Source: Alphaproteobacteria bacterium
Lineage (GTDB): Bacteria; Pseudomonadota; Alphaproteobacteria; MPNO01
Length of the DNA: 64,000 nt
Reading direction: 5' to 3'
Assembly: GCA_965248835.1 (NCBI GenBank)
Contig: CBDFLJ010000002.1
Coordinates: 1,024,001-1,088,000, forward strand
This document shows, in pieces, positions 32,191-41,408 of the stretch. The position numbers were made by a program, and so were the translations under genes. The notes under the pieces were generated by a model. It made no database searches and was not told the DNA's origin. It worked only from the letters and a program-made list of their open reading frames with translations. Each line of letters starts with the position of its first letter. Positions within the stretch are counted from its first letter, which is position 1.

Positions 32191-33525
32191 ATGCGCCAAC
32201 ATGTGATCTGCGGGACGATGTTCGACGGCCTCGACGGCGAGGCCAGGACCGACCAGACCATCGTCATCGACGACGACCGGATCGCCTATGCCGGACCGTC
32301 TGCCAAGGCGCCGAACCAGAACGCGGGCGAGAAGGTGATCGATCACTCCGGCGATTTCGTGATGCCGGGGTTGATCGACATCCACGTCCACCTGAGCTAC
32401 GGCGACGGCCAGGCGAACGAGGACATCGACATGTACGCGAGCCCGGAGTATCGGGCGCTCCGGGGTCTGCGCGCGGCTCAGACCGTCCTGCGGGCAGGTT
32501 ACACCTCGATCGCCGATCCGGCGTCGACCGGACGGTGCTCGGCCGGTGTCCGCGATTCGATCAATTCGGGCATGTTCAAGGGTCCGCGCATCACCACCTC
32601 GGGCCGCCAAGTGACCGCCCGCCAGGGGCTGGGAGACTGGTACCCGACCTGGATCGGCGTGCCGGAAAGCTCGGTCGGTGTGCTCGTGCGCAACACCGAC
32701 GAGGCGGTCGAGGAGATCCGGATGCAGGTCAAAGACCGGGTCGATTTCATCAAGATCGCGCTGGACGGGCTGCACCGCAAGGAGCCCGACGGCGAGCTGA
32801 TGGCTTGCTTCAACCAGCGCGAGATGGACGTGATGGTCGCCGAAAGCCACCGCCTGGGCCGCCAGGTGATCACCCATGCGCGCGGGCGCGAGGCGGTGCT
32901 TACCTCCGCGCGCGCCGGCGTCGATATCATCTTCCACGCCTTCGAGATGGACGACGAAGCGCTGGAGGCGGTCGTCGAGTCCGGTGCGGCGCTCTCGCCC
33001 GCCTTCACGTTCATGCTCAATACGGTCGATTTCACCCGTCCATCGGATCCCTGCTACAGATGGCGGCCCGGGCTGAACAGACAGCTTGTCGATGAAGCCT
33101 GCGAGATGCTGATCAAGGCGCGCGAGGCCGGCGTCAAGTTCATGGTCGGTACCGACAGCGGGTTCGCGATCACGCCGTATGGCGAATGGCACGCCCGTGA
33201 GCTCGAGATCATGGTCGACTTCCTGGGCTTCAGCCCGGCCGAGGCCCTGGTCGCGACCACCAGCGGCAACACCTCCATCCTGCGCGAGCGCGACAATGTC
33301 GGCCGGCTCGCCGAGGGCGCCCTGGCCGACATCACCGTGGTCGCCGGCAATCCGCTGAAGGACATCAAGGTGCTGCAGGACCGCGCAGCCATAAGGGCGG
33401 TCTATCTCGGCGGCGAGCCGGTCGATCTCGCCGAACCGGAGGCGGTGCGCGGCTATCCCTGGGAATATTCGTTCCGCCAATGGAACGACATCTATACCCG
33501 TGAGCGTGTGGCGGAACTGAACTAG
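32191..33525 (+). CDS. metal-dependent amidohydrolase (Amidohydro_1)
   Basis: MPGLIDIHVH, DFIK, THA, IFH and GTDSG motifs. Confidence 0.9.
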   Translation: MRQHVICGTMFDGLDGEARTDQTIVIDDDRIAYAGPSAKAPNQNAGEKVIDHSGDFVMPGLIDIHVHLSYGDGQANEDIDMYASPEYRALRGLRAAQTVLRAGYTSIADPASTGRCSAGVRDSINSGMFKGPRITTSGRQVTARQGLGDWYPTWIGVPESSVGVLVRNTDEAVEEIRMQVKDRVDFIKIALDGLHRKEPDGELMACFNQREMDVMVAESHRLGRQVITHARGREAVLTSARAGVDIIFHAFEMDDEALEAVVESGAALSPAFTFMLNTVDFTRPSDPCYRWRPGLNRQLVDEACEMLIKAREAGVKFMVGTDSGFAITPYGEWHARELEIMVDFLGFSPAEALVATTSGNTSILRERDNVGRLAEGALADITVVAGNPLKDIKVLQDRAAIRAVYLGGEPVDLAEPEAVRGYPWEYSFRQWNDIYTRERVAELN

Positions 33526-33554
33526 CGCCGTCTCGGCCCGGAAAGGAGTACGTC

Positions 33555-34745
33555 ATGGACGCGATCAACGCGCTCGACGGCGATGGTCACGTCGAGGAGT
33601 GGGAGGCAACGTTCTCCGATGACTACCTCGAGCCCGCTTTCCGCGACCGCAGGCCCGTGGTGGTCGAAACCGGGGAGTACGAGCACGACTATATGTGGGA
33701 GATCGACGGCCGGCGTCTGCGGATCGGCGGGTCGCCTTCGAGCAAGGATCACGTGGTCGCGACCGAGTATCAGCGGATGGCCAAGTGGCGCGGCCCGCAC
33801 GAGAGCGGCGAGTTCCACTCGGCCAAGGACCGGCTCGCGGTCATGGATGCCGAGGATACCTGGCTGTCGGTCAATTACCCGACGCTCCTGCTCCAGTGGC
33901 CGATTGCCCGGGACCCGGCGCTCAACCGGGCGTTGACGCGCTCCTACAACAACTGGGTTGCCGATATCTCCAACCAGGCGCCCGACCGGCTCAAATGGGT
34001 CACCGCCATCGATGCCCACGACCCCAAGGAAGCTGCGCGCGAGATGGTGCGCACCCACCAGATGGGATCGGTCGGCGTGATGGTGTTTGGCGAATACGGC
34101 GCGAAGTCGCTCGACCATGCGGACTTCACGCCGATCTGGGAGACCGCCAACGAGCTCGGCATGCCGGTCAACGTCCACCCCGGCACCGGCGCGATGGACG
34201 CGTGGGCGGACTATCCCAGCGTCGCCGGCGATCAGTTCCTGATGTCGGTGGTCCGCGGCTTCAAGACGATCTGCGGCTCGGGGCTTCTGGACCGCTATCC
34301 CAACGTGCGGGTCTCGTTCCTGGAGACCGGCTGTACCTGGGTCGACTTCGCCATCGAGGTGATGGACTTCGTGCTGGACAACGTGCGCGACCGCATCGAG
34401 CGCCACGCGGTCCGCTCCGAGCACCGTGCGATCGTCGAGCGCGGCCTGCCCGAGATGACCCCGATCGAGTATATCCGCGCGGGCCGCATCTTCATCGGCT
34501 TCGAGGTCGACGACGACCTGCTGCCCTACATGGTCGGCAAGTACGGCACCGACTGCTGGGTCTACGCCAGCGACATCCCGCATGCCCACCGCATCCCGAA
34601 CGCCGCCCGCTACGTCCTCGACCGCGAGGACCTGCCGGATGCGGCCAAGGCGCGCATATTGTGGGAGGGCACGGCAGCGCTCTACGGCTTCGAGTCGCCG
34701 TTGCCGCAAGCCGTCGCGCCGCGGGCAGCTTCGACGACCGGATGA
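33555..34745 (+). CDS. amidohydrolase_2 family (decarboxylase/hydratase-like)
   Basis: DGDGHVEE, YNNW, VNVHP, FLETG and ASDIPH motifs. Confidence 0.85.
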   Translation: MDAINALDGDGHVEEWEATFSDDYLEPAFRDRRPVVVETGEYEHDYMWEIDGRRLRIGGSPSSKDHVVATEYQRMAKWRGPHESGEFHSAKDRLAVMDAEDTWLSVNYPTLLLQWPIARDPALNRALTRSYNNWVADISNQAPDRLKWVTAIDAHDPKEAAREMVRTHQMGSVGVMVFGEYGAKSLDHADFTPIWETANELGMPVNVHPGTGAMDAWADYPSVAGDQFLMSVVRGFKTICGSGLLDRYPNVRVSFLETGCTWVDFAIEVMDFVLDNVRDRIERHAVRSEHRAIVERGLPEMTPIEYIRAGRIFIGFEVDDDLLPYMVGKYGTDCWVYASDIPHAHRIPNAARYVLDREDLPDAAKARILWEGTAALYGFESPLPQAVAPRAASTTG

Positions 34746-34793
34746 TGGGCGTTCCCGGCGTCCTCGCCTGAGTCCACCGGAGGCGGTCACGGC

Positions 34794-35606
34794 ATGTCCC
34801 CTCTGGAGGCCGTGCTTCGTCGGGACCGCGCAGTCGTGCTGGCCGCCCTGGGCGTGGTGATCCTCGTATCCTGGGCTTGCGTGCTCTCGGGCGCCGGTAC
34901 GGGCATGCCGGCCGGGGAGATGTCCTCTCTCGAGATGGCCTTGGGCGGTGCGGCGTCCGCGATGGCGATGCCGGCCGGCTGGGACGTCGGCTACGCCGGT
35001 GTCATGGTCGGCATGTGGTGGGTGATGATGCTGGCCATGATGCTGCCCGGCGCAGCCCCGATGATTCTGCTCCATGCCGCGGTCGCCCGGCGGCAGCGGG
35101 AACGAAATCCAAAAGTCCTGCTCGCGACCGGTCTGTTCGCCTGGGGCTATGTCGCGGTGTGGGGCGTCTTCAGCGTGATCGCCGCCGGGCTGCAATGGGG
35201 CTTCGAGGCCGCCGGCATCCTGTCGCCGATGACCATGAATGCGACCAGCCTGCTGTTTGCGGCCGCCATTCTGAGCGCGGCCGGGCTATACCAGCTAAGC
35301 CCGGCCAAACAGGCTTGCCTCCGCTATTGCCGCGGCCCGCTCCAGTTCCTGATGGGACATTGGCGGGCCGGCCGATGGGGTGCCTTCCGCATGGGGATGG
35401 CGCACGGCGCCTACTGCCTGGGGTGCTGCTGGGCGCTGATGGCGCTGTTGTTTTTCGGCGGGGTCATGAACCTCTACTGGATCGCCGGGTTGGCGCTCAT
35501 CGTGCTGCTGGAGAAGACGATCCCGGCCGGCGACAAGCTCGGCAAGCTGACCGGCGGGCTGCTCGTGCTGTGGGGGGCGGTGTTCGCCTACCGGGCGGTT
35601 TCCTGA
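34794..35606 (+). CDS. DUF2182 Met/Cys-rich membrane protein
   Basis: MWWVMMLAMMLP, YQLSPAKQACLRYCR, YCLGCCWALM and EK motifs. Confidence 0.88.
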   Translation: MSPLEAVLRRDRAVVLAALGVVILVSWACVLSGAGTGMPAGEMSSLEMALGGAASAMAMPAGWDVGYAGVMVGMWWVMMLAMMLPGAAPMILLHAAVARRQRERNPKVLLATGLFAWGYVAVWGVFSVIAAGLQWGFEAAGILSPMTMNATSLLFAAAILSAAGLYQLSPAKQACLRYCRGPLQFLMGHWRAGRWGAFRMGMAHGAYCLGCCWALMALLFFGGVMNLYWIAGLALIVLLEKTIPAGDKLGKLTGGLLVLWGAVFAYRAVS

Positions 35607-35676
35607 CGGCGCTCTTGCCGGGCATTGTTGGCCGGCCGGGCTTCGGATAGGATTTTCGACCAACCGGAGGCGCGCA

Positions 35677-36297
35677 ATGGCAAACACCGACTGGCGGCTC
35701 GAAGGCGAATGGTTCGAGACCTGCAACTGCGAATATCTCTGTCCGTGCATCATAACCCATATGCGGGCCCGGCCGACCGAGGGCGAGTGCATCGTCGCCG
35801 GCGTCTATCACATAGAGGAGGGGCGTTTCGGCGCGCTTTCGCTCGATGGGCTGAGCTTCGTGACGGTCATCCGGACGCCCGGCCCGATGGCGGAAGGCAA
35901 CTGGACCGTGGGCGCGATTGTCGACGAACGGGCCGACGACGCGCAGCGTGAGGCGCTCACCGCGATCGTTTCGGGAAAGGCGGGCGGACCTCCGGATCGG
36001 CTCAACGCGCTGATGGGTGAATTTGCCGGCGTCGAATTTGCACCCATCACGTTTGAATTGGAGGGGCTGAACCGCTCGGTCGAGGTGCCGGGCCTGCTCG
36101 ATCAGGCGGTCGAGGCCGTCGCCAGCATGGCGAAACCCGGCGAGCCGATCTTTCTCGACAATGTCGCCCACCCGGCGGGCTCGCGTCTTGCGCTGGCCAA
36201 GGCCGCCCGCAGCCACCTCGATGCGTTCGGCCTGAAATGGGACGACGTCAGCGGCGACAACAACGGTCATTTCACCCGCTTCGCCTGGCAAAACTAG
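35677..36297 (+). CDS. DUF1326 protein
   Basis: WFETCNCEYLCPC motif; usual partner of DUF2182. Confidence 0.88.
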   Translation: MANTDWRLEGEWFETCNCEYLCPCIITHMRARPTEGECIVAGVYHIEEGRFGALSLDGLSFVTVIRTPGPMAEGNWTVGAIVDERADDAQREALTAIVSGKAGGPPDRLNALMGEFAGVEFAPITFELEGLNRSVEVPGLLDQAVEAVASMAKPGEPIFLDNVAHPAGSRLALAKAARSHLDAFGLKWDDVSGDNNGHFTRFAWQN

Positions 36298-36416
36298 AGC
36301 GCGTCGCTCCGCCAGGCCGCCCGAGGTCTGGCTCGTGCGCAAAGGCCGGTCCTTGGCGCTGACGCCGGCTGTGTTAGAAGCTGCATATGCGTTCAGATCC
36401 ATCAGTGACGGCATAG

Positions 36417-38729
36417 GTGGCCAACCAGATCGGCCGGCCGGTCCTGCGCAAGGAGGACGTCCGGTTGCTGACAGGGCAGGGGCGGTTCAGCGACGACTTC
36501 TCGCTTGCCGGCCAGGTTCATGCGGTGCTCGTGCGCTCGGTCCATCCGCATGCGCGGATCGATGGCGTCGATGCGGCCGCGGCGCTTGGAATGCCGGGTG
36601 TGCTGGCCGTCCTGACCGGCGCGGACTGCGCGGCCGACGGGCTGGGCGAGATCCCGCACAGCCCGCTGCCCTCCACCAATTTCGATCTCAAGCTGCACGG
36701 GCCGGGCGGGACGGAGGTGTTCGTCGGCCGCCACGGGCTGCTGCCGGCCGATCGGGCACGCTATGTCGGCGAGCCGGTCGCCATGGTGGTCGCGCAGACC
36801 CGGACGCAGGCCGCCGATGCGGCCGATACGGTCCAAATCGCCTATACGCCCCTGCCCGCGGTGACCGATACCGCCGCGGCCGCATGCCAGGGCGCGCCAA
36901 GTGTCTGGGATGAATGTCCCGACAACGTTCTCGTAGAAACCTGTTTCGGCGACGAAGCGGCGACCGAGGCGGCTTTCGCGTCCGCCCGCCACGTGGTGCG
37001 CCGGCGGTATGCGATCGGTCGGGTGACCGGGGTGCCGCTGGAGCCGCGCGCCGCGCTCGGCGCCTTCGATCCCGCGACCGGGCGCTATACGGTCCATGCC
37101 GGCAGCGGGGGAGCGGTCCGGCAGAAGCGCGAGATCGCGGACGTCCTCGGCGTCGCGCCGGACAAGGTGCGCGTGCTGTCCTGCGATGTCGGCGGCAATT
37201 TCGGCACGCGCAACCGGCTCTATGTCGAGTTCGGCCTGGTTGCCTGGGCGGCGCGGCGCGTCGGCCGCCCGGTCAAGCTCAGGATCGAACGCACCGAGGC
37301 GTTCCTTGCCGACTACCAGGGCCGCGACCTGGTGACCGAGGTCGCGCTCGCGCTCGATGAGGACGGCCGGTTCCTGGCCATGAAGGCCTCGAACCTCAGC
37401 AATGTCGGGGCGCGCTGCGTTTCGCTGTCGCCGCTGTCGAAGGGCTCGGGGATCCTCACCGGCTCCTACCGCATCCCGGTGGCCTGGCTGCGCTCGCGCG
37501 CGGTCTTTTCCAACACCGCGCCGACCAACGCCTATCGCAGTTCCGGACGGCCCGAGGTGATCTTTGCCATCGAGCGGCTGGTCGAGACCGCAGCGGAGGT
37601 GCTCGGTGTCGACCCTGTCGCGCTGCGCCGGCGGAACCTCGTCGCAGCCGCCGAGATGCCTTACCGCAACGCCACGGGGATGGTCTACGACAGCGGGGAA
37701 TACGAGAAGAGTCTCGACATGGCGATCGGCCTTGCGGACTGGGAGGGCCTTGCAGCCCGCCGGGCGGAGGCGGAAAGACGCGGCCGGCTGCTCGGTCGCG
37801 GGCTCGCCCACTATGTCGAATCCTCGATCGGCACGCCCAGGGAACAGGCGCGGATCCGCGTCGTGCGGCCCGAGGACCGCATCGAGCTGGTGATCGGGAC
37901 CCAGCCGAGCGGGCAGGGCCACGAGACCAGCTTCGCCCAAGTCGCTGCCGATTGCCTGGGCGTGCCGGTCGAGCGCATCGACGTGGTGATGGGCGACACC
38001 GACATCGTCCATGTCGGCGGCGGCTCGCATTCGGGCCGCTCGATGCGTATGGCCGGAACGGTCATCGTCAAGGCCGCCGATGCGTTGATCGAAGCGGGCA
38101 AGGCCGTGGCGGCCGACTGCCTGGAGGCCGCCGCGATCGACATCCGGTTCGCGGACGGCCGCTACTTCGTCGCCGGCACCGACCGTTTCCTGTCACTCTT
38201 CGAGGCCGCGGCGCGGGTTGAGCTTGCCGCGGTCGCCGACAACGAGATGCACACCCCGGTCTTTCCCAACGGCTGCCATGTCTGCGAGGTCGAGGTCGAC
38301 CCCGAAACGGGGCTGGTCGAGATCCTCCGCTACGCCGCGGTCGACGATGTCGGGCGGGCGATCAACCCGTTGATCGTCGACGGCCAGACCCATGGCGGGA
38401 TCGTCCAGGGTGTCGGTCAGGCGATGTGGGAGCAGTGCGTCAACGACCCCGCGAGCCACCAGCCGCTGTGCGGCTCGTTCATGGACTACGCGATGCCCAG
38501 GGCCGATCATTTTCCTTCCTTCGCCACCGCCCTAAATGAAGTCCCATCGCCGACCAATCCGCTTGGCGTCAAGGCCGGCGGGGAAGGCGGCACGACGCCG
38601 GCGCCGGCGGTGATCGTGAACGCCATCGTCGATGCCGTACGGCCGCTTGGCGTCACCGATATCGAGATGCCGGCGACGCCGTTCCGGGTCTGGCAGGCGA
38701 TCCGGGGGGCACGGGATGGGGGGGACTGA
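36417..38729 (+). CDS. xanthine-dehydrogenase-family molybdopterin large subunit (CoxL-like)
   Basis: RKEDVRLLTGQG, GGNFG, AYRSSGRPE, GQGHET, GQTHGG, GVKAGGEGG. Confidence 0.92.
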   Translation: MANQIGRPVLRKEDVRLLTGQGRFSDDFSLAGQVHAVLVRSVHPHARIDGVDAAAALGMPGVLAVLTGADCAADGLGEIPHSPLPSTNFDLKLHGPGGTEVFVGRHGLLPADRARYVGEPVAMVVAQTRTQAADAADTVQIAYTPLPAVTDTAAAACQGAPSVWDECPDNVLVETCFGDEAATEAAFASARHVVRRRYAIGRVTGVPLEPRAALGAFDPATGRYTVHAGSGGAVRQKREIADVLGVAPDKVRVLSCDVGGNFGTRNRLYVEFGLVAWAARRVGRPVKLRIERTEAFLADYQGRDLVTEVALALDEDGRFLAMKASNLSNVGARCVSLSPLSKGSGILTGSYRIPVAWLRSRAVFSNTAPTNAYRSSGRPEVIFAIERLVETAAEVLGVDPVALRRRNLVAAAEMPYRNATGMVYDSGEYEKSLDMAIGLADWEGLAARRAEAERRGRLLGRGLAHYVESSIGTPREQARIRVVRPEDRIELVIGTQPSGQGHETSFAQVAADCLGVPVERIDVVMGDTDIVHVGGGSHSGRSMRMAGTVIVKAADALIEAGKAVAADCLEAAAIDIRFADGRYFVAGTDRFLSLFEAAARVELAAVADNEMHTPVFPNGCHVCEVEVDPETGLVEILRYAAVDDVGRAINPLIVDGQTHGGIVQGVGQAMWEQCVNDPASHQPLCGSFMDYAMPRADHFPSFATALNEVPSPTNPLGVKAGGEGGTTPAPAVIVNAIVDAVRPLGVTDIEMPATPFRVWQAIRGARDGGD

Positions 38730-40921
38730 TGTTTCTCTATTCACGCTCGAAGGAAAGGCCGTTCCACCTGGGGCCGTTTCCGCTGGAAATGCTCGACCGG
38801 GACGATTCGGTGATCGCCGCTGAATCGGAGCGTCTGCCGGTTGCGGTGCGGTCCGATTCCATGGCCGACGGCCTGCTGGTCGATGCCTGCCGGAAGTTCA
38901 CCGACCTCTACGACAGGTTCGCGCGCGCCGAGCCGGCCAGGGAGAAGGCGCCGGTGCCCGACGATCTCGAGCGTCGCTCGGTCGACGTCAAGGGCGTCGC
39001 CTATTTCATGGACGCAAGCCAGGCCGGCATCTGCCGGCTGCCCGACAGCGCCTGGTTGGAAGGTGCAGAGCGCGAGCCGCACGACCACGCGATCGTCATC
39101 CTGGTCGAGCACGGAAGGCTGCCCGAGCCAGGCAACCTTGCGCGCGACTGGGTGCGGCCGGCGGTCTCGGCGTCCTCGGAGATGCGCGCGGTCGAAATCG
39201 CCGCGCTGGTGGCCGGCCACATCCGGGTGATGGGCTTCTCGGCGTCGATGCACGGCCCGGGCGAGACGCGGGTTGACGCCGAGCGGCTGACGGTGCTGGC
39301 CGGGCTCGCCGTGCGGTGCGACGGCGCGGTCGTCAACCCTTATGTCGGCCGGCAGTTCTCGGTCTGCGTGGTGACGACCGACTACGCTCTGGCGCTCGAC
39401 CGGCCGCTTGCGGCCTCGGCGCTGACCGCCAAGGGGTTCTCTTACTGGCTGGGCCAGAACGGCGCCCAGTCGGGCCGTGAGCGCAACCGAAAGGCCAGAC
39501 GGCGGACCGACCTCGGGCCCTACGCGATGGAGACGGTCAGGCGGGTCGAGCGTCCGACCACCCTGATCATCGACGACGAGGTGCCGCGGGTCCCCAAGCG
39601 CGCGGCCTTCTTCGAGCGCGCGCTGCAAGGCGACCTCGGCGACAAGTCCCAGAAGGCGCGGCGGGTCTTCTCGTTCAAGCACCCGCTCTCGCTGAGCCAG
39701 CTCCACGTCATCCGTGCGATGGTGCCCTTTCAGGACGGCCCGGTCGCCGAGGTCGACACCGCCGCCTACGCCGATCCGGCGGCTAACGCCAAGGCGCTCA
39801 AATCGCTCAGCTATTTCCTCGGCTCGCACATGACCGGGATTTGTGAGCTGCCGGACTACACCTGGTACTCCCACAAGGAGAACGGCACGCCGATCGAGCC
39901 CTACCACAAATTCGCGGTGGTCATGCTGATCGACCAGGGCTTCGATACCATGGAGGGCGCCAGCGGCGATGACTGGATCTCCGGTGCGCAGTCGATGCGG
40001 GCTTATCTGCGCGGGGCGGAGATCGCCTCGGTGATGGCCGACCTCCTGCGCGAGCTCGGGTTCCCGGCGCGTTCGCAGACCAACGCGGACAGCGACGTGC
40101 TGCACATCCCGCTGGTGATGTGGGCCGGGCTGGGCGAGCTCAGCCGGATCGGCGAGCTCACGCTCAACCCCTTCCTCGGGCCGCGGCTCAAGACCGTCGT
40201 GATGACCACAGACATGCCGCTCGAGGTCGACAAGCCGATCGATTTCGGGCTGCAGTATTTTTGCAACAACTGCCTGAAATGCGCCCGCGAATGCCCTTGC
40301 GACGCGATCCCGTGGGGCGACAAGGTGATGTTCAACGGCTACGAGATCTGGAAGCCCGATGTCGAGCGCTGCACGCGCTACCGGCTGACCAATTCCAAAG
40401 GCTCGGCCTGCGGGCGCTGCATGAAGACCTGCCCGCTCAACAAGGTGGTTGATGCCGACGGCCCGGTGATGACCCGGGCGGCGAGCTGGCTGGGCATCAA
40501 TGCGATGTTCCTGAAGCCCCTGATGGTGCCCATCGCGACCTGGCTCGACGACGCGCTGGGCAACGGCAAGCGCAACCCGGCCAAGAAGTGGTGGTTCGAC
40601 CACGAGGTGGTCGATGGCGTCACGCGGCAGGCCAAGGCGACCAATCAGCGCGACATCGATCCGACCCGCAAGCTCGACCCGCAAAAGCAGAAGATCGCCT
40701 ACTACCACGCCGACATGATGCCCGCACCCGATGCGGCCGAACCGGTCGGGATCGACCGCAAAGCAGGGCTTGCCGCCGCTGCGCTGGTCGAGACGCCGGA
40801 TCAAGCGCGCAAGCGGCTGGCGAACGGCGCGGCAATCCCGGCCCACTACATCGCCACCCCGGCGCTCGGCATCCAGGCCGACGACGAGGCCCGCATCGCC
40901 AGCCCCTATGCGAAGGACTGA
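38729..40921 (+). CDS. rdhA: cobalamin-dependent catabolic reductive dehalogenase (NpRdhA-like)
   Basis: Internally duplicated fold; GLGELSRIG; CNNCLKCARECP and C...CGRCMKTCP (two [4Fe-4S]); QSMRAY, PRLKT and CTRYR supply the Tyr/Lys/Arg equivalents; no Tat signal. Confidence 0.88.
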   Translation: MFLYSRSKERPFHLGPFPLEMLDRDDSVIAAESERLPVAVRSDSMADGLLVDACRKFTDLYDRFARAEPAREKAPVPDDLERRSVDVKGVAYFMDASQAGICRLPDSAWLEGAEREPHDHAIVILVEHGRLPEPGNLARDWVRPAVSASSEMRAVEIAALVAGHIRVMGFSASMHGPGETRVDAERLTVLAGLAVRCDGAVVNPYVGRQFSVCVVTTDYALALDRPLAASALTAKGFSYWLGQNGAQSGRERNRKARRRTDLGPYAMETVRRVERPTTLIIDDEVPRVPKRAAFFERALQGDLGDKSQKARRVFSFKHPLSLSQLHVIRAMVPFQDGPVAEVDTAAYADPAANAKALKSLSYFLGSHMTGICELPDYTWYSHKENGTPIEPYHKFAVVMLIDQGFDTMEGASGDDWISGAQSMRAYLRGAEIASVMADLLRELGFPARSQTNADSDVLHIPLVMWAGLGELSRIGELTLNPFLGPRLKTVVMTTDMPLEVDKPIDFGLQYFCNNCLKCARECPCDAIPWGDKVMFNGYEIWKPDVERCTRYRLTNSKGSACGRCMKTCPLNKVVDADGPVMTRAASWLGINAMFLKPLMVPIATWLDDALGNGKRNPAKKWWFDHEVVDGVTRQAKATNQRDIDPTRKLDPQKQKIAYYHADMMPAPDAAEPVGIDRKAGLAAAALVETPDQARKRLANGAAIPAHYIATPALGIQADDEARIASPYAKD

Positions 40922-40979
40922 GCGCGCTGCTGTGACTCCCCGGACGGGTGAGTGCCTGAATGTCAGAAGGGAGAACGAA

Positions 40980-41372
40980 ATGGCAGGACCCGAAGTTACC
41001 GCGCAGGATGTGCTGAATGCCAGCAAAGGCATGCTGCAGAAGCAGCTCTATGTGGTTTTTACCACCCCGGCCAACGGGCTCGGCCCGGTAATGGAGAACG
41101 TCGAGGAGCATCTGAAGTTCCAGATGTCGCTGGAGGAGCGCGGCATCATGTTCGGCGCCGGCCCGTTCTGGACCGACGACGGGAAAAACTGGAACGGCGA
41201 GGGCATGGTGATCATCCGCGCCGAGGACATCGAGGACGCGCGCAGGATCGCCGAATCCGATCCGATGCACGCCTCGGGCGCCCGGACGTTCACGGTCCGG
41301 CCGTGGCTGCTCAACGAGGGCACGGTGACCGTGAAGCTGCGCTATTCGGACGGCTCGCGCGAGATCCTGTAG
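40980..41372 (+). CDS. YciI-family protein
   Basis: EEHLKF, GAGP, SDPMH and VRPW motifs; ATG 40980 follows GGGAG. Confidence 0.85.
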   Translation: MAGPEVTAQDVLNASKGMLQKQLYVVFTTPANGLGPVMENVEEHLKFQMSLEERGIMFGAGPFWTDDGKNWNGEGMVIIRAEDIEDARRIAESDPMHASGARTFTVRPWLLNEGTVTVKLRYSDGSREIL

Positions 41373-41408
41373 CGCCGGTCCGGCCCGTTCGGAACGAGCC
41401 GCGGCCGC

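Noticed and set aside
36417-38729. Aerobic CO dehydrogenase
   Set aside because: Lacks the AYxCSFR Cys loop and the coxM/coxS genes.
38729-40921. Epoxyqueuosine reductase QueG or respiratory RdhA
   Set aside because: About twice the length of QueG with NpRdhA-like motifs; no Tat signal and no rdhB.
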